Below, piece by piece: positions 1 through 12,486 of a stretch of DNA of 64,000 nucleotides. This stretch comes from Octopus vulgaris (Eukaryota): the NCBI GenBank assembly GCA_951406725.2, contig OX597826.1:39742001-39806000 (forward strand), in the 5' to 3' direction. A program made the translations under genes and the position numbers. Below the pieces are notes generated by a model that saw only the letters and a list, made by a program, of their open reading frames with translations, searched no databases and had not been told where the DNA came from. Position 1 is the first letter of the stretch, and each line of letters starts with the position of its first letter.

Positions 1-308
1 TTGAAAAATTATAAAATAATGAAGGCAGCTATTCGCAATATAAAGCCAAAATTGTAAGTGAAGACGCAGGGTGAAACCTATACTGCTAGAAATAAGAGTT
101 TAAAAACTCTTAGAGCCGCAAGAAAGCAAGTGTTCTTATACTACAGTGAGATCAATATATTCGTCTATTTTAGTAGTGACTATTCCATCGCTAAATACTG
201 AATGTCAGTATATATATTTACAATTATGAATTTGTGACTGAATCAGCAAAATGCTACTTGACAATTATAAAATAAGGAAGGCAGCTATATTCAATATAAA
301 ACCATGGC

Positions 309-1070
309 ATTAGATATAACCCGTAAGTAGATATAGATGTGTAAACGCTCTCGCTCAAGTTGTTTGGCGCACGTATACACGTTCGTTCAAACTTTCACAA
401 GGACATATGCATACGCACACTCATGGTTTTGCACATATAAGCTCAACCAGCAAATTAAATAAATACTAATAAAGTTAGTGCAGACAAATGGCTAGTGATA
501 CGACTCCGTGTGGCAAAGAGTCAGTTTCTGTGGTAGGATTCACTAGGCATGGCCGATTTACTTGTAGCGTCATGAATATGGCCATTGTATACCAATTAAT
601 GTGAGATTAATACCAACTTCAGCCTGTCAATAAATATCGTTCACCATGAGATGAAAATGCAAAATACCTACGCTTATCCACACAGGTGGTCCTATCACTG
701 GCATTAATACTTTCTGCTGACTATCGATTATTTCATTAGCCGTTCATACAAAAAAATACACATCTACTATGTCTGTATCTATATACATACTCATGACTAA
801 ACTAGTGCTGTAAGTATATCGGCCAGACCTAGTGAGCCCCACCACAGAATCTGTGACTCTTCACCAAGCGGAGTCATATCACCAGCCACCTTTTCGGCAT
901 TGATGTTATTGATATCTATTTAATTCGCTGTGCGAGCGTATTTGCGCCAAACCACGCCTGTGCGTATGCTTCTATCTTTGTGAAAATTTGTACGAACGAC
1001 CGTACGTGCGCCAAAGAACGTAAGCGAGAGCGTTTGTACATCCGTATATACTAATGGTTATATATCTAAT
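309..1070. mobile_element. Degenerate foldback/MITE-like element with ~260 bp imperfect terminal inverted repeats
   Basis: 309-570 is an imperfect reverse complement of ~805-1070 (aaacgctctcgct/agcgagagcgttt, tttggcgcacgta/tacgtgcgccaaa, gcatacgcaca/tgtgcgtatgc). No coding capacity. Confidence 0.7.
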
Positions 1071-1340
1071 AATTTTTTTCGCAGTATTGTGTATTTGTTT
1101 CTTTTTGCATCTGGTATTTGTTATTAGTAATCTTCTATAAGAATGAAGCTGTATCCCTTAGTTTGCTGCTTTTATAGACACATAACAGGAAGAAATCTAG
1201 CGAAACAGACGTTACTTTAAGGATACACATCTTGTAATCACCTGGTTAATCAGATAGTTGTACTGGTTTTCTCTATGGTTTTCTCCATTTTTTAATTATT
1301 TACACACACATATATATATATATATACATATATGCATGCA

Positions 1341-1412
<72 letters not shown>

Positions 1413-1417
<5 letters not shown>

Positions 1418-1607
1418 AGAGTTTACGAAAAAAACAAAAGACGAAGACAGGTGGTGTACAAAACAAACAGATGTATTAGTATAACGCTCAGGAATAGTAA
1501 AAGTCTTTTACATTTCGAGCCTACGCTCTTCCACAGAAAGGTACACTGAAAAAACAAGGACAGAAAAATATGTGTGTAGTGGCTAACGATCTATCATGGC
1601 GTCTGTG

Positions 1608-1610
<3 letters not shown>
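1413..1610 (-). mobile_element. Solo pseudo-LTR of a Penelope-like element within (TA)n
   Basis: Closely similar to 18990-19175, which adjoins a GIY-YIG remnant. Flanked by (TA)n and contains an HHR-like motif. Confidence 0.65.
1503..1541 (-). ncRNA. Hammerhead-ribozyme-like motif with atypical core
   Basis: Reverse complement: CTTT-CTGTGGAA-GAGC gtag GCTC-GAAA tg TA-AAAG. Stems I and II pair; the core deviates from CUGANGA. Confidence 0.5.
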
Positions 1611-1643
<33 letters not shown>

Positions 1644-1811
1644 CACACATACAATACACACTAACACACAAACATATCCGCAATTCATACAACCGAAAAC
1701 ACACTCTAAAGCATTAGAATAGTAATATATATTCTAGGAAGTTAGAAGTTATGGTAACTCCATGACCGTCCTAATTTTTAACTTCCTAACACACACACAT
1801 ACACACACATG

Positions 1812-2000
1812 GTGCTTGTCCCCCACTACCTGTATTGGTTCTTCTATGTCCCCTTTAACTTAGCTGTTCGGTAAAATTGACCAACCAAGAGAGTAAGTAC
1901 CAGCCTTAGCAAAAGAAGCAGCAGGGTCGATTCATTGGACTAAAATTCTCCAAACGAGGGACCCTGTGTAGGCGCGCTCAAATGACTGAAACAAATAATA
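1812..2000 (+). mobile_element. 3' half of microsatellite-containing SINE (family A)
   Basis: Similar to 32015-32180 and to the reverse complement of 16921-17110 (ggtcgatt...gactaaa...aaatgactgaaacaa). Confidence 0.6.
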
Positions 2001-3067
2001 GGTGAAAGGAAGATTATAATTTTATTGTTTTATTATATTACAAAACCTTATTGTATTTTAATGACATTTATTATACTGTATTGTGTGTCTTTCATATTGC
2101 ATTATAGTACATTTAAGAAAAACGAGATATTTTCTTTAAATTATATTCTGCACAGACAAACCTCACCTTATACCCGTACCGACTTATTTAATAAGTCATC
2201 AATATTTGGCTAATAACCCAAATATTTCATGGATAGTTGCTATGACAATCTCACCATAGCATTCACAACTCTAAAGCCACGCACCCATTCATGCAGACCT
2301 AAATCAAACACTTCCATATTTCCTAATAGAAGTAGCGTGCTGGTTGCGTTGGTAGAACGTCGGCTAGATTCCTTCTTGAAGTTCTCTGTACTTTGCGCTT
2401 CAGTTCCCGCTTCTCACCGAGGTTAATTTTACTTTACATCCTTCCTTCATTGATAAATAAAGTATCAGTCCTGCGAAGATACAGGCTCTTCTTCTTCTTC
2501 TTCTTCTTCTTCTTCTTCTTCTTCTTCTTCTTCTTCTTCTTCTCCTCCTTCTCCTTCTTCGTCGTCGTCGTCGCTTTCTCATTTGTCTTCTTCATTTCTC
2601 TACCTCTTATCCTACAGATGCTTTCTTCAGGTTTTGAGACCTGACCATGACACCCTGTATACACTACAACTTCAGACCCAGAAGAAGGGACGATTTCTTA
2701 AGATACTCAGTCAGGGATGTATTGCAGTTTAAACACGAGAAGCGATAAATAAGTGCAAATGTGAAAATTATCCGTTATAAAAGAAATTTACTTTTGAATA
2801 GTAGCCTTCAGTATTGTTTCATTCACATTCTCTGACCCCAACATTTTAATATAAATGATAGAAAAGTTGGGGAAGAGATTTAAGGCGCACATGAATAAAA
2901 CAGAAATAACAATGCCAATTTAGGGCTCAAAATATTATAAAAAGAACTAGACCTCATCTTCTATGATACAAACATATTCTCACACAGAAATATTGGTAGA
3001 GACGGAAAACATTTTCCCTTGTTATTGAGTAGGGAACGCAGTGTCCATTATCCTTTAAGGCGGATCT

Positions 3068-3640
3068 GAAACGCCGGCTTTGACTTCAAAATATTCCGTC
3101 TCTCCATCAGGAGTGATCACTTTCACTCGGGTGTTCTCATACAGATCTCAGGTATGGAGTTAATGTTAGCAAGGAATTCGAAAGTGAGGTTCGTTCTGAC
3201 AAAAGTGGGATCTCTTCTTCTAAAAGAGGCTGAAATATGGACGCTCACTAAAGCATTAAAGAAGCAGATGCACGGTTGTTATACGAGGATGCTTACAATG
3301 GCACTCAATATCTCCTGGAAGAATCATACAACAAACGCTGACTTATACCAGGTATTGCCAAAAGTAACATTGAAAATACAGCATAGAAGGATCAGGTTAG
3401 CTGGACACTGCTTCAGACATACCGATGAAATTGCTAACAAGTTTATGCTCTGGCGGCCAGCGGAAGGAAGAACTAGGAGAGGAAAGAGGAAGACGACCTA
3501 TATCGACATTTTGCTGGAGGATACTGGTATGGAAGGGGTACAAGAGCTGAGGACCATTATAGAAGATCGAGATGAGTGGAGAAAACGTGTGGAAACAATC
3601 ATGGGGCGTCCTGAGGGACGACCTCGATAGAGATAGTGAT
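3068..3640 (+). mobile_element. 5'-truncated RTE-clade LINE with an inverted 5' fragment
   Basis: ORF 3154-3630 (WTLTKAL..GCYTRMLTMALNISW..RRIRLAGHCFRH..DRDEWR) is a typical RTE C-terminus. 3068-3147 on the minus strand encodes the RT segment DLYENTRVKVITPDGETEYFEVKAGV. Confidence 0.85.
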
Positions 3641-3864
3641 GGATGAATTTACATTTACCACTTTGCTCTACGTCTTCACTGCCACCATTCATTTCTCCAT
3701 TTTCACTGGGCACGTTATCTGTTGGTGAAGCATTATTTCTATTTTCTACTTTCCTTTTTATCTTTTTCATTTCCATGTGTGTTAACCATCATCATCATCA
3801 TCATCATCGTCGTCGTCATCGTCATCGTCGTCATCATCATCGTCGTCATCATCATCATCATCAT

Positions 3865-3952
3865 TATAATTACCAGTAAACTTTGTAATATGTATAGAAT
3901 GACACTGTAGGAAAGAGAATTTCACCTACCTTGTGTATGAGCTTAGCATCTA

Positions 3953-3955
<3 letters not shown>
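3865..3955 (-). repeat. 91-bp local duplicate of 5248-5338 (exon 3' end plus splice donor)
   Basis: Identical to 5248-5338 except for one substitution. Lies between (CAT)n and (TAT)n tracts. Confidence 0.95.
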
Positions 3956-4015
<60 letters not shown>

Positions 4016-4016
4016 C

Positions 4017-4620
4017 AGGCGGCAAGATGACAGAAATATTAGCACGGCGAATAAAAATTCGTAGCTGCATTTCTTCCGTCTTTATGTTCTGAGTTCAAAT
4101 TACTCTGAGGTTGACTTTGCCTCTCATCTGTTCGGGTCGATAAAAGAAGTACAAGTTGAGCACTGGGGTCAATTTAATTGACTAGACCCCTTCCACCAAA
4201 TTCCAGTCTTTGTACCTATAGCTGTAATATAACAGAATCATTAGAGCGATCGTACAAATTTTTTTTTCCGTTTCTGAGTTCGAATGCCGATGAGGTCGAC
4301 ACAGCCTTTCATCTTTTCGGGGACGGTAAAAGAAGTACGAGTTGATCACTTGAGTTGATGTAATCCACTTGTTCTTTTCCCCAGAATTGACTCGTGCGAA
4401 AATTTGAAATCATGAGGCAGCAAGTCGGCAGAATCATTATATTAGCACGCCTAATAAAATATGTAGCGACATTTTTTCTGACTCTTTACGTTGATCAAAT
4501 CCTGCCGAGGAAAAATTTTGTCTTTCATCCTCCCAGGGTCATTATAATAAAGTAGTAGCTGAGCACTTGTGTCGATGTAATCTAGTTCCATAGCTTTGTG
4601 CCAAAATTCGAAAAAATTGT
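4017..4620 (+). mobile_element. Tandem cluster of ~3 decayed tRNA-like SINE copies (family B)
   Basis: Repeated motif ggcagaatcattag..ttctgagttcaaat..gaggtcgac..tttcatc..ggggtcgataaa..agtac. Relatives lie at 5680-5930(-), 15390-15850, 17430-17620 and 23103-23317. Confidence 0.7.
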
Positions 4621-4776
4621 ATTATTTCTTGCATTATAATTTTAAGTAAGATAGTTCTACAAAACCAATTGGTATCGAGATATAATCATGGCGGAAGAGA
4701 GAGAGAGAGAGAAATAGAAAGAAACTGAACGAGACACAGAGAGAAGAAAAATAGAAAACCAAAAACAGAGAGCTGC

Positions 4777-4835
<59 letters not shown>

Positions 4836-5312
4836 TGAATGTTGTATTTTATATCCGTTTTTCTTCCCCACTGTCTTACATAAGATACTTTTGGCTGTGT
4901 TTCTTGTCTCTCGGCAACAGCTTCTTGTCAGATAGTATAACTAAAGTGCCTTTCTATATGACTGCCTAAAAGCGGAATCTCTGGTAACCATAAGATTTTG
5001 TCGTAGCCCTCACACCCTTACTTCTCTGTACTGACTACCCACACGCTGTTACTTAAAAAAAACCCTCTTCAATACAGCTAATATTACTTCTCTCCGTTTC
5101 TTAACTATTAAAGACTCTTACTGTGCTCTTTAAATTTAAGTATCATCTACCTTATTCTACAATATTAAGAAGGTTTCTTCTCTGGATCTATATTTTTAGG
5201 ACAGTTTCTCCCAAGATCTGTAATGTCAAGGGTCTTTGCCATTGATGTATAATTACCAGTAAAATTTGTAATATGTATAGAATGACACTGTAGGAAAGAG
5301 AATTTCACCTAC

Positions 5313-5423
5313 CTTGTGTATGAGCTTAGCATCTAATTCGAGGTATTCAGCATCAATGAGATCGTAGAAATCCAATCGTTTGTCTGTCCATTCTTGGGTA
5401 ATTAAGGCATTCAGGGAGTAGTC
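5313..5423 (-). CDS. Next coding exon (111 bp) of the same Cys-loop receptor subunit, loop D region
   Basis: Minus strand reads ttttgttcttctctgcAG|GAC TAC TCC...CAC AAG|GTaggt, giving DYSLNALITQEWTDKRLDFYDLIDAEYLELDAKLIHK. Phase 0 at both ends. It continues the upstream exon as SSM|DYSLN..QEWTDKRL (GlyR: TTM|DYRVNIFLRQQWNDPRL) and stops just before the expected WxPD motif. Confidence 0.9.
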
Positions 5424-6322
5424 CTGCAGAGAAGAACAAAACCAGTGATAATATTAATGCCACGCAATTTCAGAACTTCTGTCATATTTCGATAAATCTT
5501 GATAAATCTTTAAGGTATTTAGAGAAAATAAGTTTGTAAGGTGGAAGAATTTGAACTGTGAATATACATTGTCACAAGTATAAATGATTACTGTCCAGGA
5601 GTCTGCTGTTTATGCTGTCACTGTCAACAGCTATAATAATCTTTCCTAATTTTGGTACGAGGCTTGAACATTTTGAGAAGAGCGTCAGTCGGTATAACGA
5701 CTCCCAAAAAATAAAAGGCAAAGCCGTCCTGGGTGGAATTTGAACTCGGAACGTAAAGAGATAAATTCTGTTAAGTATTTTTTCTGGTGCCGTAATGTCT
5801 GGTACATATATTATTGTCCCTGAAAGAATGAAAGTCAAATTCGATCACCGAGGAATTTGAGCCCATTACATAAAATCAGACGAAATGCGCTAAGGTCTGG
5901 CGAACTAACGATTCTACCAGTTGGCCGCATTTTTTAAAAGTAAACCTACCCCACTAAATATACAAATTCGATCTCAGAGGATTAGAACAAATTCTACAAG
6001 CATGCTTCTATCCTATATAGCGGGAGATGTTACGCATTTTGTGAAAGAGTAGAAAGGAGTGTAGTTCAACAGATTTGAACTCAGAACATAAATAAGTATA
6101 GCTTAATACTACACGCAGATGATTTGTCCTTGTTTATCTCTAGGTCAAAGAAACCTAAAATCAAAGAATGGTAGTCGTGACAAGTTTTTTTCTATGCGCA
6201 GGCAACCTATACGACAAGACTGTCTAATTTATTTATTTCTAAAACTGTGAGGTGTTATTTCAGGGAGATTGTCTGTTATTTTTGTTCAAGTAGAGGGAAC
6301 ATGTAGAAATACCCGGATCTTT

Positions 6323-7021
6323 ACCTTTTGACCTACAGATTTAAAAAATAATTTTTTGTGACTAAACGATTTCAAACTTCGGACACTGGTAGAATGTGTC
6401 ATATAAAATATCTTTTACACTTAGTATTTTTGAGAAAAACTTATATTTACGAGGATATTTTACGTCAAAGTTCTCGTATTTCGGTACTTTCAACCAATCA
6501 ATGACGTGTATTCAGCTAAATAAAAATTACTGCTGTTGTTTGTCAACAGGAACTTCCGGCGGTGTATATTTCGTTTGTCAGTTATTTATGACAGCCCTAA
6601 ACCTAAAACACTAACCCTAACCCTAAAACTCTAACCCTAACTCTACAACCTTAACCCTAGCCCTAAAATCCTAATCCTAACCCTAAAACCCTAACCCTAG
6701 CCCTAAAACCCTAACTTTAACCCTAAAACCTTAAAGCCAGTACAAACGAACGAACGATGTCATTAATAACAATGACAAACGAAAAATACACCGCCGATAG
6801 TTGTCGTTGATAAAGAACGGCAGTAATTTTATTCAGCTGAATACACGTCATTGATTGGTTGAAATTACCGAAATACAAGAACTTTGACGCGAAACAACTT
6901 CTTAAATATAAGTTTTTCTCAAAAATGCTAAGAGTAAATATATTTAATATGAAACATTCTATCAGTGTCCGAAGTGTTTAGTTACAACAAAAATATTTTT
7001 TTAATCTGTAGGTCAAAAGGT
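6323..7021. mobile_element. MITE/foldback DNA element with ~270 bp TIRs enclosing a degenerate (CCCTAA)n core
   Basis: Termini accttttgacctacagat ... atctgtaggtcaaaaggt. Long paired arms (ttcaaccaatcaatgacgtgtattcagct/agctgaatacacgtcattgattggttgaa). Telomere-like repeats at 6595-6735. Confidence 0.85.
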
Positions 7022-10000
7022 GACGTGAAAATATTTATGAAATATTAAATGAGTATTATGAAATGCAAAACAGTGACTCTATTTTAGTGTAATTAAGTCA
7101 ATTTAATTCGGACCATTATATTACTACTGGTTGGGTTATTGACCCAGTGGCGAAAAATTGCAAATTCAGTCCCGAGGGGAAATCAGCACACAGGGACGCA
7201 CCCAGAGAATAAGTGATATAATGAACCTCAGTGCATGATTGGTAATTGTTTAATCGAACAGTTGAACAGGAATTGAATTCGGAACATAAATAAGCATAAT
7301 AATGGAATGCAATAAGGAATCTTGTGTTGCATTAAATTGTTTCTAATATCATAATACCGATGATATTAACACGAAGAATGTTTATTAAGATGAATAGAAA
7401 GCTGTTGGTTGTAGTGAAGTATAGTGTAAGAAACACCTAAGTAGAATATAAGGAGAAATCGTTATTTAACAAAGAAACACGACTAAACATTTAATGAGAA
7501 ACATATATTAATTTCTATATTTATAGAAAACATCTAATTAAATTAGCGGGAGACTTGATACTGAAAGGAATATATAAAAGAGAAAGAAAGTATAAAATAT
7601 AAATCCAAGTATGCTAAAGTTAAGGATGACATCTAAATTAGATAAATATTGATTCAATGACTAGATAATTGAATTAGGATAGTTGTACATAATAAACAAA
7701 CACTTATGTAAAAGCGGGAAAGACAAGTTCAAACAGGTTAATTCAATAAAATGCAGGATTAATAATTGAAATATCAGTGGTTCAAATTTTCGTGGTAGTA
7801 AATACAATACTTTGTGGTTTTCTTTGCAATGATATTTAACTCTGAAAAGAGGCTTTTTTTAATTATAAGGAAATATAAACATAAGTACTGATGGCAGAAG
7901 GAACAAATTTGAATTTTTTTCGTTGGTAACTGTCAGTCTGTCTCTCTCCTTCTACCTATCTCATTCTTTCTGTGTATAGACACACATTTATACACAGACA
8001 CACGCATTGCACATGGGCATATGGATATAAATGCCTGCCAGTCAAAAAAAGGTACTCACTTTGCGAGTTTATAAACTCTACTGTAGCACGGAGTTTTATG
8101 TACATAAAATATTCGTTACCAACGGAATATGTATAGAATATTTCGTTTCTGCAAATCGATTAACACAGAGCTTAATATAATTGAAAAGTATCAGGTTTAG
8201 ATCTTTAACATAATGATATATAAGCAGAACTTAAAAGAAGAAACAGTAGAAAAATAAAATGAAACTCCAAATCAGAATCAATATGTACTTTATAAATTCT
8301 CTGGACACTGTCATCGTAAAAATATCACCGTAAAAATTTTACATTGAGTGCCTTCGTATTTTCATGCTGCTAGTTTTGCCCAAAAGAAATATTTTCATTA
8401 CTATTTCCATTATTCAAGATATTATTCAAGATATTATGGGGGTTACGAACAGTCTTCTTAAATCTTTTATAAAGAATATTTAACTTATTTGTATTTTTGA
8501 TGTTTCAGCAATTGTCTTACGTCACATGTCTCTAGACTATGATTTGATAAACCGTCAAAATGTTTAATGAAATCCCGAGAGATATTTTATTTAATAAGAG
8601 ATTCTATAATGGATAATAATAAAAAAAACACACACATTTCTAAATTACATTTATCTGTGGTACTACTTCCCTTTATTTAATATTTCCTTAATCATTGTTG
8701 TCTTATTTTATTTATATTTTTATTTATTTATTTATTTCAGTTAGAACTGAAGAAAATAAATAATGTCTCTCTGAAGAAGTTTTGAAATAATCGAAACAAG
8801 CAGCAATACTTTTTAATATATTGAATAAATAGAGTGCAGGTAGGAAACAACAAATTCTTTTGAATTGTTGGTTTTCTATTTTACCTATTATATATTTCTA
8901 AATTATCGCTCTTGTATACAAGACTTTACGTGACTGCATGGTTAAAATATGACCCCTTCTTAGCTACGTGGTTTCAGGTTCGGTTACACTGTGTAATTAT
9001 TAAAGCTTCGAATTGATCAATCCTTGTAAGAAGAATTTTCTGTACAGGCGAGCGTGTGCACATGCTTACTTTCAAGTTCTTGAATGCTAACTCATCTTAG
9101 ATTTTCGACAGAAGGAGTGAATCTTTGAGCATGATCGACTATTTCTGCCTACGCACAAACAAGCATGCACTCACACAGAAAGATGTACACAAACACAGAA
9201 ACGTATACTAGATGACAATTTTGTCGTGTATTCTTTGCGTGTTCGGATTTAGACGTTGTTGCACGCTTGTGTTGCACGTCATTTTGCTTTTCCTACAAAT
9301 CCCGTTTTTGTTTACTTTTCAATATATTTATCAGTCATTGTAAATTATCACATACACATTATAGATAGTTACCTCACAATTTTAGAACCGAATTCTAGCT
9401 GATACAGGCTTCCAAAAAGCAAAGCACACGCTCCCTGCATTATAGAGGTGCAGGTAAATTGGCTTAAAATGGGCGTTAGTTTCATGTTCAGTCCCACAAT
9501 ATGGCGGCTTGAACGAGTGCCTTCTATTATATCTCCAAGCCGAGCAGAGCATTGTGATTGGATTTAAAAGACAGAAGCTGAAGGAAACCTATCGTATATC
9601 TATACGTATATGATTGCATCCTCTCTTCACATTGTAAAAGGATTTCAACGTATAGGAGCTGTGGTATTTGTTTCCAATCTTCCCAAGAAACATGCCCGGT
9701 CGTCAGGAAATGGAAAGAGGATTAGTGTCCGAAAATGTATCCCGCAATGAAAAATTCTGTGAATGTTTATAAAATTATAAAAATACGGTCTTAAACTAAT
9801 TTTGCCGGTAAAATTTGAAACGTTTATATTAATTTAGCATTAGAATTCTTCAAGTTGTATAAAAATAGTTATTGTCTCCAACATTCGAAAGAGAAATAAA
9901 TTCTGCATAAGGTGTAAAAGATAAAAATAATTTGTATGGTGTTAGTAACAAAATATTTTGTAAGAAATATAACTTTTATCATCAGTTTTAAATTTATTTT

Positions 10001-11344
10001 TGCCAGTGTATATATATATACACACACATACAAATATGTATATATATACACATACACACACATACAAATATGTATATATACACATACACACACTCATCGG
10101 CATGTAAAGAGTGAGAGAGTCATTGTTATTGTGCATCCGTTCTTTTGTGCAAATGTAAAACGATCGCTTTTGTCTTGTCATTATATTCAGTGTTGAAAAT
10201 TATCTTGACATGCAATGCATTAATTTGCTTGAAAGATCTTTTGCAATATGTAAAGGTAGTTCGCCACTCATATATCTTTATTACAGCACACGTAAGTACA
10301 TATACCAGCCTCCGTTTACACACACGCATATATATATACACATAGTCTGTGTGAGTATGTCTGTGTATGCGCGCTTGTGCATGTGTGTGTGTGTGTTTGT
10401 GTGTGTATGTGTGTGTGGCGTACATGTATGTAAAATTTTCGAAATTCTTTTTAATTTCGGTTTATAGATTCTTTCTATTTTTTTTCTTTAAGACACTTCT
10501 GTACATTTTTGCTTTTCTTTATCGATCACCACTTCTCTCATTCTCTCTCACTCTCCCATTACTTGTTTGTTTGTTTATTTCTTTCATCGTCACCACCACA
10601 TTAATTATTAATAAGTAAATATCCTTATTTGCATTTAAACATTAAAAGCCAAGAAAACTTGATTCGAATGAAATTATATTTTCTAAATTATGTTTCGATT
10701 TTGTTTGCCAAGCGTTGGTAAGTAGATACTCAATTTGCCCTATAATGTTAGGTTCATACGAAATATTACATTATAGAGAAAATAAGAAAATTCATTTAAA
10801 GTATTTATAGCTGGAGGGCGGGGATGCTTCGAAACTTCCGACGGTGAACGTTTACTTTCATTAATATGTATGCCTCGAAGACCGACATGTATAATTAACG
10901 TAACTATCATGCCGATTCCATCGTGGTTACTTTAAATTATACCTTCAGTTCAAAGGGGGAAAAAGAAGAGACGACCCCAGTGCTAGAGTGGTATTTTATT
11001 TAATGCCCCACCACCCAAAGAAAGATCAAGTTGGCTTCCGGAGGGGTTGAGCTCTTCGGGTACAAATCTAGAACGAATAATGTTAGATATGGTATCCAAC
11101 TTAGAAATGGCTCTAGGAAATGGCTGTATTCTATATTAATTTAGCAGACTTTTCTGTACATTCATGCTCAACTGAAACACGCATACTTACATTCATACAT
11201 AAACACATATGCATCTTATTATTTAGTTTTTATTTCAAGATTTTTCGCCAATAGAGAGAGCCGATTTCTAACGTAGATCCTAGGCTTCTTCATTGGAAGT
11301 TCAACATGTTTTCACGTGTCAAGTCAATTATTAGGCTCTCATAA

Positions 11345-12178
11345 GTGTTACTGGTAACATGGAATCCAGTACACCCTGTTGTATGGTCGGGTTGTCGGCG
11401 ACTAAACCGGCACCCCCACCAGGCTATTCTGGTGAGGAGGGTTGCTAGAAACCCAGCAGGATTAAAAACAAGACCAATTGAAAAGTCGGATGAACCTAGT
11501 GCAGGCTCAACGACTATCTAGCAATAGAACGGGTACGCAGAAATTCCGAGATGGTGTCCGGCGTCCTCGAAGACCACTGGGAGTGAGGCACCCCTCAGCT
11601 TCTATTGAAGGATGTCTCTAGGAGGTCACACTGATATAAAACCAGATACGCAAGGAATGGCTTTGGACAGTTTGGGGATCTTTGGTTTGTGTTAGAGATC
11701 AAGACGCTCTCGCATCCCTGAGCCTACAACTCATATTGGCACCAGATATCTCACTCTGGCCTGTTTCTAGATAATGTCAATAGAGTAGGCCTATGAGGTA
11801 TTCTGCAGGCCTTGTTAGACCTAAAACTCTGCATAGGTATTGCTGACCTCTGTACGATATGTGCTGCTTCAATTTTTACCTAAATTTGTTTATTTATATG
11901 GAACTTGAACATTTCAAGTTGGAATGTGTGAATTCTGGTGGATAACAATTGTGATCGTAGGCCTCAAAGTCGCACTGTACTTGTTGCTCACAAGCTAAAC
12001 CACTGATAAGGATTGGGAACACTTGGTTTGCAATGCTTGCAATCGTGTACATTTGTCAAGAGCAAGCTCTTTAGCCACCAATGGAGCCGCAAATGCAAAA
12101 TGTAAGTTAATCCTAGAGCTCACTATGTTTCTAAAGGTCAGCAAGGGTTATCCTCGCTCAGGAGTGGACGGCCATCAT
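11345..12178 (+). mobile_element. Internally deleted RTE/BovB-like derivative (5' UTR and start of APE joined to the 3' zinc-finger end)
   Basis: ~11900-12000 reads NLNISSWNV*ILVDN..RPQSRTVLVAHKL (APE N-terminus). It is followed directly by VCNACNRVHLSRA (RTE C-terminal Cys motif), a short 3' UTR and a microsatellite. Confidence 0.6.
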
Positions 12179-12486
12179 GTGTGTGTGTATGTATATGTAT
12201 GTATATATGTATGTATGTATGTATGTATATGTGTGTGTGTGCGTATGTCTGTGCGTGTATATGTGAGCGTCTGTGTGTATGTGTGTCACTAGATTGAAAC
12301 ACATCAGATAAGAGCAGACATTTAAATTTCTCTCTCAAATCGAGTTATCATCTGCTGTAGTACACACTTTCCATTAACACTCCTATATATATATAGGGTG
12401 CGAAAGATATTTGAGAATAGATTTATGTTTATAAACATATAAATAAAAACAAATATATAACAGACAACTTCATTATCAAAAATTAT

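Noticed and set aside
6595-6735. True telomere or chromosome fusion site (also a short tract at 34786-34806)
   Set aside because: Short, degenerate, single orientation, and the main tract is enclosed by TIRs.
7330-7870. Possible very old Penelope RT remnant
   Set aside because: Only faint, frameshifted resemblance; cannot be supported without a profile search.
8771-8800. CTGAAGA...GAAA hammerhead-like spacing (also a GAAACCGGTA motif on the minus strand at ~48022-48055)
   Set aside because: Stems or core do not pair convincingly; at best heavily decayed.
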